From positions 6,663,784 through 6,727,783 of the forward strand of contig JAUPSS010000004.1 in assembly GCA_040285825.1 (NCBI GenBank): a stretch of DNA of 64,000 bases. Reading direction: 5' to 3'. The position numbers and the translations under genes were made by a program. This DNA comes from Eukaryota sp. TZLM1-RC. Lineage: Eukaryota; Protista; Metamonada: BaSk clade. Below are positions 13,240-25,377 of this stretch, piece after piece (position 1 is the first letter of the stretch; the number at the start of each line of letters is the position of its first letter). The notes under the pieces are model-generated. The model was not told where the DNA came from. It ran no database searches and saw only the letters and a list, made by a program, of their open reading frames with translations.

Positions 13240-13760
13240 ACAAGTGTCGATGGGACCACTATCATTACTGAAGTGAGATCAACTGATGTGTGTAATAATT
13301 CTTTCATACCATTAGCTCAGTCAAAACACAAGAATCTGCTGTCTGTTGCCAAAAATTCTAAAATTGATAAATATAAAGCAAAGTTGGTATCCTTGAATGC
13401 TGAATCTCACACTGATTATGTCCTTTGTTCATTTGCCTTTTCCATACATGGTACACTTAGACCACTTGTTTTATCTTTTTTGAATGATTTTGTGGCAATT
13501 GTACAAGAAGAATTTTTGACAAAACGTTTTGGCAGAACAGAATTGTATTTTGAATTTTTAAAGGTGTTGTACCGTCATTGTCTTCTGCTTTATTATCTCT
13601 TGGTCGTTTTTATGAAGGAAAAAATTTCAGTCAATTTTTGTTGACTGATTTGTGATATGAAGATTTAAAATTTTAATTTTTGTGTTTAGTTTTTTGAAAT
13701 TAGTTTATTTTTATTAAACTTACACACTTGACAAATAAATTTTTTTTGAAAGTAATAAAT
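13240..13760 (+). mobile_element. 3' remnant of an RLE non-LTR retrotransposon
   Basis: DVCN..KIDKY..FAFSIHG..FLNDF C-terminal RLE pattern followed by a T-rich 3' UTR. Confidence 0.65.
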
Positions 13761-13943
13761 TAAAAATTCTTAAACAATTCAGAATTCGCAAAGTTCGAAC
13801 TTTTTTGGTAACATATCCCCCATATTGAGCCTTTGAGACTTAGATTTTTTTTTAAAAAATTGCATTGAATAGGTTCAAGCAACTTTAACACATTGTTCAT
13901 CAACTTGCTCCGAGACTCAGAGCGCCAGAGTCCCACAGATCAG

Positions 13944-14975
13944 ATGAGTGTGTCTAGCACTCATTCATCTGATCGTGCTCATTCAGATTGTGTAAGCTTG
14001 ACAACCGCCAGTGTGCTTGTCATTGTCCCTCTGGAGTGTCGCCCTTGCATTCGAGCAGCACGAGCTGTTCTACGATACTTACATTCTCTCAACATATTCA
14101 CTTTTGTTGAGCGAACTGTTCATCGTTTAGTCTTCTCTCTTGGTCCACACGTTTTTGATACTGGTTCCATTAGTTCTGTAGACTATGTGGTGGCAATTGG
14201 TGATGATACTACTGTTATATATGCTTCTTCTCTCTTTCCAGAACATCCACCTCCGATACTAGGTCTCCACATCACAGATTTTCCAACGTTTATAGCCCAA
14301 TGGCATGTATTAAACTACAAAAAAGTGATTCAAAACCTCTTAAACAACACTTTTTCCACTTGTCCTCGTCACCGCATCTCTGCCACTCTTAACATCGTTA
14401 ATGATGGAACCACAATCCGATCATCTCCCTTCACAGTTCTCTCTGATATTGTAATTGACCGTGGGCAATCTCCTTCATTATGTAACCTCGAAACGTTTTG
14501 TGATTCACAATTTGTTACTACCATTCAAGCTGATGGAGTCGTGTTTGCGACGCCTACAGGCTCTGCTTATTATTCTTCTGCTGCTGGAGGGCCTACTGTC
14601 CATCCCCTGGTGCCTGCCTTTGTTTTAACTCCCATTTGCCCACATTCTCTTTCTTTTCGACCTTTAGTCATGCCAGATTCAACTGTTTGGAAGATTAGGG
14701 TCTCTGAAAACTCTAGGGATACAGTTTCCATAAGTTTTGATGGTAAATTCAGGCAACCTTTAAAGGGAGGAGACTTTGTCACCATTTCTCTTTCCTCTTT
14801 CCCTCTTAATACTGTTGTAAAGGACGGAGTCACGGAAGGGTGGCTTGGTTCTCTTAACAAAAGCTGCAATCCAACCCCCAAAGATTGTGATAGTCTTGGT
14901 AGGTTGTTTTGGGAAGAGGAAGGAGAGTTGAAGGAAGAAGAAGTTTGTAATAGATCTGTGAGTAATGTAGAGTAG
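13944..14975 (+). CDS. NAD kinase-family protein with non-canonical catalytic motifs
   Basis: QADGVVFATPTGS, AAGG..VHP, TPICPHSLSFRP and SFDG are typical; GGDG is replaced by GDDT and NE by SD; start codon uncertain. Confidence 0.85.
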   Translation: MSVSSTHSSDRAHSDCVSLTTASVLVIVPLECRPCIRAARAVLRYLHSLNIFTFVERTVHRLVFSLGPHVFDTGSISSVDYVVAIGDDTTVIYASSLFPEHPPPILGLHITDFPTFIAQWHVLNYKKVIQNLLNNTFSTCPRHRISATLNIVNDGTTIRSSPFTVLSDIVIDRGQSPSLCNLETFCDSQFVTTIQADGVVFATPTGSAYYSSAAGGPTVHPLVPAFVLTPICPHSLSFRPLVMPDSTVWKIRVSENSRDTVSISFDGKFRQPLKGGDFVTISLSSFPLNTVVKDGVTEGWLGSLNKSCNPTPKDCDSLGRLFWEEEGELKEEEVCNRSVSNVE

Positions 14976-15136
14976 AGATTTTGTAAATAATTTTATTCCT
15001 ATTGGGTTTATTATTAAAGAAACTTAATTGATAAAATCAGATAAAACTAAAATGAATTAATTAATCAATGTAGATAAATGATGAAAAAAGTAACAAAAAT
15101 ATTAAAAAAATACAAGAACAATCTTTAAATGAAATG

Positions 15137-17207
15137 TCAACCTGTTGAATACTTCCTTGGTCGCTGATTTTGTTGGGGTACTAATGCTGTGCCAGACAAC
15201 ATTGGAATTCTAAAGCTTCCTTCCCTAGGTTCTTGTGGCATTATATTAACAATAGGTTTTCTTTTTGGATTAATTGCACGAAGGGAAAACGCACCATGCC
15301 CTAAAGTGGATCCTGAACGAATAGGGGTAGGTTTAACTGATGGTTGTCGAAATAATCTATATACAAAATCCTTAATATTAGCATTCTTGAGCAGGTTTTC
15401 CCTAACCACTCTTTCATATAACCTACTTCTTTCGGTAGTTTCTTCAATAACTCTTCCAATTAAGTTATCAGTAATTCTCCTATCTGCTGCTGGTAAATCT
15501 AGATAAACCGGGACATATGGCTTAGTCACGTGAAGGTCAGCAACTGATGGTGCTCTAGAAACGGCAGGTGATGTTTCCACAGGGTCAACAACTGGAGGAG
15601 CAGGCGGTGGTGGTCTCTTCTTTGGTAATGAATTAACCTCAACTCTACTAGATACATTACCAGCACGAACTTTCTTTTCCCTCCGCTCTCTCCTCTCCTT
15701 TTCCTTTCGTTCTTCTGCCTCCCGCTCTTTCAGCTTTTTTTCAACGTTAGCTCTCCTCATCCTTGAACTAGTGGTTTCGGCTAGGGTAGTGGGAGGTACA
15801 ACAAGGTTGGAGAAGCGATTTGATAATGAACAAGAGGAAGAAGAATCATAGATCAGTTCATAATCACCAAAAGAGCTCAATACTTCAAATTTTTGACCAG
15901 TCACTTCCTTTTTCGACACAGCCTTCTTTCCATATAACCGTTGCTTGAACTTTTTCTTTTGCTCCTTTTTCCATGCCTTCTTATCAGTTCTTGATAATGA
16001 AAGTAATTGAAGAGTGTCGCTAATAAGCGATTGTTTAATCTCCAAATCAAGGGGAGAATCACAAGAAAAAGAGGGTGAATGGTTAACTTCTAATAAATGC
16101 GGTTTTAACTTTGAATCGATTAGAAAATCGAAACCAAGTATTTCAAAGCAAAGTGACCTTCCGGATTGAGAAGTTGCACCTACAACAGTTCTATATGTGT
16201 GAGCCAGGGTAGGTTGGATTGCAATTAAAGTCTTAATGATTGCCTCCTTGATTTGATTGAAAACTACCTCCGCATCGTGACCTTCACTTGTTAAATGCCT
16301 AACAACCCCTAAGAGGGACCACTTCGAGCCTTCGTCGTCTTGATTTGAGTTTGAATTTTGAACAAAATTTTCATTTGTCTTGTTAATTGCATAATTAGTT
16401 AAATGAACAAAAGCATTATCTAAATTCCTTCCAGTAGGTTCTGAATAGGGCTCCGTACAAAACCTAGCCAAACCTTTATTATAATAGTAAATAATTAAAG
16501 GGTCAACAGAAAAAACCAAGCAATAAATCCTCAAATCAAACTTAGTGTTGTTAATTAAATAGGGTTTTGAGAGGTATTCTTGTACCACACAATTATCATC
16601 TTCATCTATATCATCTAAAGGGTTTCGAGTCAAAAAGATTCCCTTTCCCTGACAGCTGGCATCAGGTTTACTAATGAAAGTAGACCTGGTTTTCTTTTTG
16701 GATAAATAGTTCCTAAATTCGATTATTTCTTGGGGAATTACCCAGGTTAATGGGAAAAAATCATATTCTTCTGGGTGTAGCTTGTGCATTCTAGTGAGAT
16801 TTCTTGCCAAATTGTCCTTTCTGGCGATTTCAGACATTCCAGGAAAGTGGTTGACGCATTGATAGGGGTTTAACTTAAGCACACGTTCAAGGTTCACCGA
16901 CCGGTCCATCCAGTAGAGATTCCAGTCTTCGGTTTCATCAACAATCTTCCATTTAAGAGCCTGTACACAATTAGCAACGACTTCGTATCTGAGATGAGAA
17001 AAAAGGAAGGGTGGCGTACTTGCAGTTGTCCAAGCAGACAAGAATATCTGTAACTTTCCTTCTACGGCGTTTACGAGTAGAGGGACGAGAAGAAGAATGA
17101 TGATAAGTGGGTTCATCGTAGAAGGATTCAGATTCACTTTGGAAGGAAAAGTTCTCCTGATCGACGCTGCTTTGTGGAGAAGAACACCTTGAATTGGAAG
17201 AGGACAT
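15137..17207 (-). CDS. TTLL: Tubulin polyglutamylase (TTLL6/7/13-like); intron 16989-17019
   Basis: Motifs NHFPGM.EIARK, KPDASCQGKGI, KFDLRIY, HLTNYAINK, CFEILGFD and LLEVNHSPS; the 31-nt intron gives CLDNCK|YEVV. Confidence 0.92.
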
Positions 17208-17399
17208 CGGCTAATAGCACAAAAATGTCAAATAGTAGTAACCCGTTGAGATTACTGGAATATGAAGATGAAATGAACAAATTTATTGAACAAATTAAGT
17301 GAATTGATTCTTGGAACATCCACATTTTAAAACTCAACCAAAAACCTTCACTACTGCTTTTACCTACTCAAAGCCCATCAATTGAATGACGAATATATT

Positions 17400-18020
17400 T
17401 TCGCTATTCACTAAAACAGCTATTCACTTCGTAATGTTATTCAAAGTGGAGTTAATATAACGAGGAAGAGCTTTTAATAACGAAAGTACAATTCTGACCA
17501 TCCACTTCAGAAAATCAAATGTACGACCACTTTCTTTGAAAAGTTGCCCTAAATCATCTAAAAGGTTTAGACCTTCAGTTCTAATAGTACCAAAAATTGA
17601 AATAGCAATTGGGACAAATTTGATGTTTCTACCTCTTGCTCTATTGAGACATTGTAGAAGGGCTTCGTATTTTGATTTCTTGAAAAGCTCTGCAACTTTG
17701 TGATGAGCACATTTTAACAGATCATAAATACAATCACGAACTGCATTGTGGATAATTGATCTATTTTGAGTGAATTTTCAGCAGGAAATAATGTGATCAA
17801 AAGAACCAAAAGAACCAAATTTACATTTCATATCTGACAAGCATTGAAGAGGAGTTAGAATAAGTTTGATTCGCATGACTGTCAAAAATTGAATATCTGA
17901 AAGCAATAATCCAAAACGGTGAGGAATTTGTGTTATCAAACAATATGAACTTTTGTACAAGAATTTAAACTGCACAAAGAAGAAGATACAAAGTATTTCA
18001 AAGAAAAATCACCGAAGTGA
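17400..18020 (-). mobile_element. RLE non-LTR retrotransposon remnant; inverted near-copy of 27100-27672
   Basis: Shared DNA (CKC..DH.ISC, HNAVRDC) with 27169-27672. Confidence 0.7.
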
Positions 18021-18039
18021 ATTAAGCTGATCTGTCCAA

Positions 18040-19138
18040 AACTTAAGGACTTTCATTTCCTTTAAAATACTGATCCACAACATGATACTTATTAAGAACA
18101 GCCTTGACATAACGACTCCGTAGACATCCACACGTCGTGCAAGTGAGTAATCCATGTCTAAGGACCGTTGGAGTCTTTGCTCTTCCGCGCAATAGTTTTT
18201 CGTTCGGAAGTCCTCTTACCTGTTCGAAAAATCTTTTTCTAATATTGATGTTGGAATTTTTCAATATTTCTTTCAAGAAGAGCTTCAGAATTTTCCGGGT
18301 AATTGGATTCAACAGGGGTCAAAAATCTGCAAATTGCATGTGTGTCTCCGAAAGCATGCCCAGGTATCTCAAAGCTCTGATGTGGAAATGAATTTTTCTG
18401 AAGTGAATGTGACTTTGATAATTTCAAAGAATAATTTGCCTTATATAAGCAAAAACAAGAGGCCTAAAAATTTCAGAAAAACACCCTTTATAATATAATT
18501 AAGTCGTTGGGTTAAACGCGAATTCACACTTACATTGAGTAAAAATATAATGTAGAATATGAAATAAATTTAAGGTTCTGGCCGACAATAATTGTTTCAA
18601 ATCACCATTGATCTTGGATTGATCTGGCAAACTTGTTTTCAGCTTATAAAAAATGAATTAAAACAAATCTACTTTGAGCAGATGAACAGAATCCCTTTCG
18701 AAGTTGAAAATAGGTTTCCAGAACATTTGGGAAATTTGTAAAAAAAAATAGTTCATATTTGTACGATATATATAGGGGTCGAGATATTCGTTCAATAATT
18801 TTTTGAAGTTATTTTTCTACTGATAATGCAAATGAATTTAAATCTTCTGAAACACTATATTTTGTAATCCTTCCAATAGATTTAAGACACAATTTTGGAA
18901 CCCCTCAGGTACTGTATGAAAATATAAATTATGGAAACCATGCATCCTGTTCCACTAAAGCACTAGATGCCAACGGAAAATTTAGAAGAAAAGACTGAAG
19001 CAATAAAGAAGCTTCATGACAAATCTCGGTGACCAAAGGAAGGTTGGTCCGAATTTGTTGCACCGCTGCAGGGGTCAGCAGCGAGTTAAGTGCACAAGAC
19101 CGAGTGAATACACGTGACACAGAGTGGGTGTCTGTCAT
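18040..19138 (-). mobile_element. Highly degenerate Fanzor/TnpB-like element
   Basis: 3' RHGLLTCTTCGCLRSRYVKAVLN resembles Fanzor HGLLxC..RDxxAxxN; 5' ORF 18929-19138 (SCALNSLL..VTEICHEASLLLQSFLL) resembles Fanzor1 N-termini. Confidence 0.5.
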
Positions 19139-19345
19139 GTAGTGAGAATAAACAGCTCATCTATCAAATTTTACACTTGTCGCCCCATTTTCGACTTCTG
19201 GTTGCCTGTTCTGGGAGGTTTTTAACCCTCAACTTGGTTTTGGGAGGTTTTCACTATTCCCACACTTTCCCCTCACTTCATAAACTATGTTCATAAACTA
19301 GGTATCCTTTGTAAAAGTTTCTGGAATTTCAACTCTATGTAACTC

Positions 19346-19876
19346 ATGAAAGACGCTCTCAGCATCATCAACAGATTAGTCCACGATACTTCTTTGTCTA
19401 AAGAACGTTTCTTTGTTGGGTATGAGGATAGATTTGGCGGTGCATTCTTCCTCACTCTTCACGATTTTCTTGCCTTATCTGTACCATCTCACAGAATTCG
19501 CTACATATCTCAAGGAAACTCAGTTCTCTGGTCTCGCACAAAACGAATCAACCTTATTGGCTCTGTTGCACCTTCTGTTTCTTTATTCTCATCTCCAACA
19601 CCTGGTGTTCTCTCCCGATGTTTTCCTCCTCATGCTACTGGTAGAAAGAATTTCCAGTTACCCTTCTTCTCTAACATTGTTTCTTGTAGTGTAGGTGTTC
19701 ATCATACATTGACACTCACTGCTTGTGGTAATTGTTATGGATTTGGTCTGAACAAATTCTACCAATTAGGCAACAACTACCCCCAAAGCAGCACTTTCAA
19801 ATCTCAACAACCACAACTACTTCTCTCCAATGTTCTCTCATATGTTGCTGGTGGACGTTATTCTGGTGGACATTGA
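19346..19876 (+). CDS. MJ1316/DUF504 RNA cyclic-end recognition domain fused to an RCC1-like repeat; possibly 3'-truncated
   Basis: IINRLVHD..FFVGYEDRF..VPSHRIRYI..VLWSR (MJ1316); SVGVHHTLTLTACGNCYGFGLNKFYQLG (RCC1 repeat). Confidence 0.7.
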   Translation: MKDALSIINRLVHDTSLSKERFFVGYEDRFGGAFFLTLHDFLALSVPSHRIRYISQGNSVLWSRTKRINLIGSVAPSVSLFSSPTPGVLSRCFPPHATGRKNFQLPFFSNIVSCSVGVHHTLTLTACGNCYGFGLNKFYQLGNNYPQSSTFKSQQPQLLLSNVLSYVAGGRYSGGH

Positions 19877-20225
19877 GCTAAACGAACGAGAGCTGGAAGC
19901 CCTTTTCAATACTGTTGAAGATATCTCTGTTCATTTAGACAATCTGTAATAAAGTAAGTTATTTTGTAAATAAATAGTTGATGTTTTTTGTTGTTTATTT
20001 GAACATTATTGGCACGTTATTATGCAAAGAAGCTCCTGAACTGTGTGTTCTAGGTTTTCTGTGTTTTATGTCTACACCATTAAGTAAAAGTTGAAAACTA
20101 AGGCCCATAGATGTCGTAGGGAGAAACCAGACGTTGGTGCAAGATCTGGTTGGTGAAAAAAAATTACACCTAAATGCAACCAAAGTGAAAAACACAATCC
20201 CTATCAATCATTTTTCATCTCCTAA

Positions 20226-22279
20226 ATGTCTTCAGACTCGCTTTGTGTCAACACTATCCGTGGGCTATGTGCCGACATGGTTCAAGCCGCCAAGTCTGGT
20301 CACCCTGGTTTGTTACTCATTACATTATATTCATCTCAGGAGCTCCCGTTGGTTGTGCCCCTATGGCCCATGCTCTTTTCTCTCGCTTCATGAACATTAA
20401 CCCCGAAGACTTTACTTGGGCTAACCGTGACCGTTTCATCCTCTCTAACGGTCATGCATCTACTCTCCACTACTCTCTTCTTCATTTGCTCGGCATCCAA
20501 GACTGCTCAACTGAACAACTTCGCAACTTCCGTCAATTGGGATCCAAAACCCCTGGTCATCCCGAACGTGGCCTCACCACCGGAATTGAAATGACCACCG
20601 GGCCACTTGGTCAAGGAGTCTCCTCTGCCGTCGGTATGGCCATTGCCCGTAACCACCTTGCAGCCAAGTTCAACAAGCCCGACTTTCCTCTTCTCGACCA
20701 CTCCATTTATGCTATTGTTGGTGATGGTTGTCTGCAAGAGGGTGTTGCTTTTGAATCTTGTTCACTAGCTGGTCACTTAGGCCTTGGTGGACTTGTTGTT
20801 TTGTATGATGACAATAACATCACTATTGATGGACGCACAGATGTTTCATTCACTGAAGACGTACCCACTAGATTCAGAGCTCTCGGTTGGGAGGTGTTGA
20901 TGGTGAAGGATGGTGATTCCGACGTTGATGGTATAATTAATGCCTTGGAAAAGGCCAAGACTATTACCAATAAGCCTGTTCTCATTGACATCAAGACCAC
21001 TATTGGCTTTGCTTCTCCCGCTGCTGATTCTCCAAAGGCTCATGGTGCTCCTTTTGGTGTTGATGGAGTGAAGTCGTTGAAGAAAGCTCTTGGGATGCCA
21101 GAAGAAGAGTCTTTTTACGTTCCATCAGAGGTTAGTGAAGTTTATAAACAAATTGGACAGAAAGGACAAGCTGCTCAACAAAAGTGGAATGAAATGTTTG
21201 CTTCTTATAAGGAACAATACCCTGAATTAGCTACTGAGTTTGAACGTAGATTACGCGGTGATTTAGGTATGACCACTGACGAATTATTTGAAAAAATGGT
21301 CAACTCTCTACCAAGTGATCTCTTCTCCAAAGCCAAAGCCACCCGTGAACTCTCTCATGCTTGTATCAACTCTATCTCATCAATATTACCTGAGGTAGTT
21401 GGTGGTTCTGCTGATTTAGCTGCTTCCAATAAAACTGACATCAAGGGAGAGTCCTTTATCACTAATGCAGACTTTTCTGCTCGTAATATTAGGTTTGGAG
21501 TTCGAGAACACGGTATGGCTGCTATCAGTAACGGTATGGCTGCTTACGGGATGGTCAAACCTTTCTGTGCCACTTTTATGGTTTTTGCTCCCTACATGTT
21601 TGGTGCCATGAGGTTGGCTGCACTATCCCATTTGCCAGTAGTTTTTGTGCTCACTCATGATTCCTTGGCTGTCGGAGAAGATGGTGCTACCCACATGCCT
21701 ATTGGGGAGTTATCCCAATTGAGGGAAATCCCCAATCTCAAGGTTTATAGGCCCTCAGATCTCTATGAAACAACATTGGCATATTCCATGGCTTTCTCTT
21801 CAACCACTGGTCCCTCTGTCATTATTGGTTCGAGACAAGCTATTACCCCGCCTTCAATGATGGTTTCTGAAGAACAAAAAGCTCAATACAAGCCTTCTGT
21901 TTATCTTGAAAATGGATGCATTGAAATCAAATCTTGCCAAAACCCAAAGGTTACAGTATTGGCTTCTGGTAGTGAATCTGGCATGGTTGTTGATTCTCTC
22001 TGTAACGAAGAAGTTGAGGACAGAGCTAGAATTGTCTCTGTTCCTTGCCTTGAAGATTATTTGAATAATCAAGAGCAGATGGAAAAATTGAAGGGTATTC
22101 CCTCCATATCTATTGAATTATCAACCCCTGGCCAATGGTACCTTCTTAATAAGTATTCTTCTAATCATGAAGTCTTTTCCGTTTCTACCTATGGTGTGTC
22201 AGCACCAGCAGCTCATGTGTTGAAGGAATATGGTTTCACTAATGAAAATGTAAAGAGCAGAGTCTCTAGCTTAATTTAG
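20226..22279 (+). CDS. TKT: Transketolase; intron 20308-20339
   Basis: Motifs KSGHP|GAP, RDRFILSNGH, TTGPLGQG, GDGCLQEG, GSADL, FGVREHGM and GEDGATH; 32-nt intron. Confidence 0.96.
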
Positions 22280-22478
22280 GTTTTATTATAATAATTTATA
22301 AAATCAATCATTAGTATTTATTGCTTCAAGTAAAAACATCACCTACAGCTAATCTCCATTGAATAAACCATTCAAGTCCATGTTCTCCTCTTTATCATTA
22401 AGCCACAAGTACCTCATCTAGTTTGATCAGACATCAAACTGAATCATTTGCATCACACACTTGAATCTTGATTGGAAT

Positions 22479-23492
22479 CTAATCTACAAACCAACCAAAA
22501 GCATTTAAGATAACGGTAAATAAAAGAATAACAACAAAAAACACAACAGTTTGAAGAGCCAACGACACTGCTACAATCATGGTATGATCCCTCTCCTCGC
22601 CCTTTCCAATGCTGAAAGAATGAGCAAGAACAAAGGAGGCTATGGCTGTAGGGGCAGAGAGATAAAGAACCAGGACACGTACGTCAGTAGAGGACATACC
22701 AAAGACCACTACCCATGGAAGAGCTAAGATAGGAAGTAAGAACATTTTGAAAAAAAGATAGACTAATGGAAGACCAAACAATGACTCCAACAGCTGCCTA
22801 AGATTTATTGTAGAAATGGCAAGACCTACACTAAATACTCCTAATGGAGAAGTGGTTCCTGCAAGTGACTGTAGTGTGAAGGAGAAGACAGAAACGACTG
22901 GCAAAGGAATGATGGCAAACAAAGTACCTAAAAACATTGCAATTACATTGGGATTGGTGATAACGCTGAATAAAGCTCGATTAACAACGACTGAGCTGAC
23001 ACCGTTTCCATTTCTCCTGTCCTGGTCTAGACTAAATAGGAAAATACTCAATGGTAACATCAGAACCAAAGAGGGATAGAGTGTGTAAATCACAAATTGA
23101 TTAATATAAAAAGGATCTTCAGGAAAAAGAACTTCAATGATGGGAGCAGTGAGAACAATGACGTTGCCTGACGTTACTGAGAAAATAGCGAGGCCAATAC
23201 CACCTAAGGAGAAGCGTAACAGAATACATATAGGTAAAATAAGAAAAATAACTAAAATTGTAGCAAATAAAACGGTCAAGATTGTGGGAATGGCTCTTTC
23301 TTCAAACGCAAATGGTGCTATGCCAAAAAACAAGGAAGCAGGTAATGCAACACGACTTACATAGAAGACTATCACTGAAAGAGCTTGACTGTCTAAGTAG
23401 GATAAGTATCCTAGTAAAAAACCGAGAAACAAGATGATGAGAAGTGATCCTGCGACTTCAAGTCCTATGACTAGATCTGAAAGAGCCACCAT
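22479..23492 (-). CDS. AEC (auxin efflux carrier / Mem_trans) family membrane transporter
   Basis: About 10 hydrophobic segments; motifs VALPASLF, SGN, NPNVIA..G, PLGVFSVG, KMFLLP and APTA. Confidence 0.8.
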   Translation of the reverse strand: MVALSDLVIGLEVAGSLLIILFLGFLLGYLSYLDSQALSVIVFYVSRVALPASLFFGIAPFAFEERAIPTILTVLFATILVIFLILPICILLRFSLGGIGLAIFSVTSGNVIVLTAPIIEVLFPEDPFYINQFVIYTLYPSLVLMLPLSIFLFSLDQDRRNGNGVSSVVVNRALFSVITNPNVIAMFLGTLFAIIPLPVVSVFSFTLQSLAGTTSPLGVFSVGLAISTINLRQLLESLFGLPLVYLFFKMFLLPILALPWVVVFGMSSTDVRVLVLYLSAPTAIASFVLAHSFSIGKGEERDHTMIVAVSLALQTVVFFVVILLFTVILNAFGWFVD

Positions 23493-23574
23493 TTATTATG
23501 AATATTGAATGTGATTTGATGAAGACATTGGCTGATAGCCAAGAATCAGAAAACGAAGAAATGTACTTTTGGTA

Positions 23575-23754
23575 CTGTGAATTTCTATCAAAAAGCACTT
23601 CTAACTTTTGACCAATTCATGCAATCTTGAGATGTTAAGCTTACTTTAGTTCTATCACTATATGATATCACGATCAAATGATAGTTAAAGCAGCAACATC
23701 ACAATACGTGTACAGGTACGCAATACATGGAAAAACACTTATCTACGGGGTCTC
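23575..23754 (-). ncRNA. Stand-alone Fanzor family-A right end / putative omegaRNA scaffold with no ORF
   Basis: 180 bp near-identical to 54788-54969; homology stops exactly after GATAGAAATTCACAG. Confidence 0.7.
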
Positions 23755-23869
23755 ATCTTTGGTAGAAACAAAGTTAAATTGTTCTTAAAATCTTTATTTA
23801 TCATCATAAACCAAAACTAAGCATAATCAGCTTCAATAACGATAATGCAAACATTCCACAGGTGTTCTG

Positions 23870-24163
23870 TCAAAAAAGGATTTTAATCAGTGCCGTGTTT
23901 GTAAAAACTTTGGGTCCGAAAATTTTGGAACAAAATGCCACAATTCCCAAAAATTTTTGAAGACTACCTTTATTGTTCATTGCATACCTTGAAAATACAA
24001 ATACAGTGTATTTTTGTATTTTTCTGTATTTTCTCCTAATGTCTTCCAAAAGTCCTAATTCATATTCCATTTCCCCTGACACGACTCTTCCAAGTGCCTT
24101 TGCTATGAAAGTCACCACATCAAAGAATCCCTTGTGGGATATGGTAGTTTCACGCAACACCAA
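23870..24163 (-). mobile_element. Ty3/gypsy-like RT remnant
   Basis: NKGSLQKFLGIVAFCSKI resembles the gypsy RT thumb motif LQxFLGxxNxxRxF. Confidence 0.45.
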
Positions 24164-24607
24164 AACGTTATCTCAGTCCGACCTTTACTGCTTTGGATGC
24201 TCATTGCCATTGGATGTATTTTTGCCTTGCATTTCTTGTATTTTTCTGAGCAAAGTCTGTGTATTTTCCAGCTATGGTTTATTTTGTTTTCAGTTTTTGT
24301 TTTTAAAACATTGAATTAGACATTCCTTTATCAATTTACGAATACAACTATCAGTAAAGTATTACTCCGAAAGCAAATGATTTCAGTATTATTTTTATGC
24401 AACAATTTCCATCCACAAACTTTGGGACAAAATGGCAAAATCATCAAAGTTTTCGGGCCCACAGTTTTTACAAACACGGTATACAATTATTTACCATCAT
24501 TTATTACAACTATGTTGTTATCCGACTTGCGTCGTATTTCGGTCGGCTGACTCAAGTCAGTTACCGGTTGGAGGTTTTCCGACAGATCGGACTCCTATCA
24601 TTGGTAA

Positions 24608-24885
24608 AATCCTCAACCTTCACAAAACTAGTTTGTGTCAACTGAACTTAAATTGAGTCTATATTGTCTACAACACAAAAAAAACAGATTTCTTTACTCG
24701 TCTTATTCTTGAAGTGATCTTCCTCCCTCCACTATGTAAGCATAAAACAAAGTCACCCATAGATATAGTTTGACTTATGGGGAATTAGTCATAGATTAGA
24801 GAAGTACGAATACATCACATAAATATGAAATTGCAAAGTAGACAGTGGAAGTTTATAGTCGAACAGATAAACATATGATTGCACA
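24608..24885. repeat. ~280-bp dispersed repeat; inverted copy at 51933-52208
   Basis: aatcctcaaccttcacaaaactagtttgtg...gataaacatatgatt is highly similar in opposite orientation. Confidence 0.9.
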
Positions 24886-24889
24886 TGCA

Positions 24890-25320
24890 GTGGTGTAATG
24901 AATTCAAATCAATATTGTGGTTCAAAGAAGAACACTTAATCCTGGATACGTCTTCAATTTATAGCAAAAGATAAACACATGAAAATATGACAAAGATCTC
25001 GAAGAAGCTAATGCTGATAGAAATCGACAACTTGTTTCTCTTGCCTTTTCCTTTTTCTATAAACGGAAGACTATCAGTAGAAGCAGGAGTATTTTTGATT
25101 GTTTCCAAAAATGGTTCAAGAAGAAAAAATGAACAAATTTACCATCTTTTCATGGCACACAAATTCAATTCGTCATAATTAATACATTACCTTGGTTTTT
25201 TCGTCAAATATCAGAAAAAATGACAAGAAAACAAACAGATCAGGACTTTGTAGAGCAAATCTTGCTTCATTGAATTTAGTCCCATTAGTTCTGAGTTTAT
25301 TTTATTAAGTGTTGTAGTTG
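24890..25320 (+). mobile_element. 3' remnant of an RLE retrotransposon, same subfamily as 2100-3190
   Basis: Shared sequence gaagaagctaatgctgatagaaat..ataaacggaagactatcagt..cccattagt. Confidence 0.8.
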
Positions 25321-25377
25321 TAATAGGTTTATACTTCTAGGTTTACACTGGTCAGTGTACGTCAGTGTACGTCAGAC

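Noticed and set aside
20507-22072. Antisense or alternate-frame ORFs over transketolase, and similar ones over NhaC, TTLL, AEC and the CoA-transferase
   Set aside because: Shadow ORFs of well-supported genes
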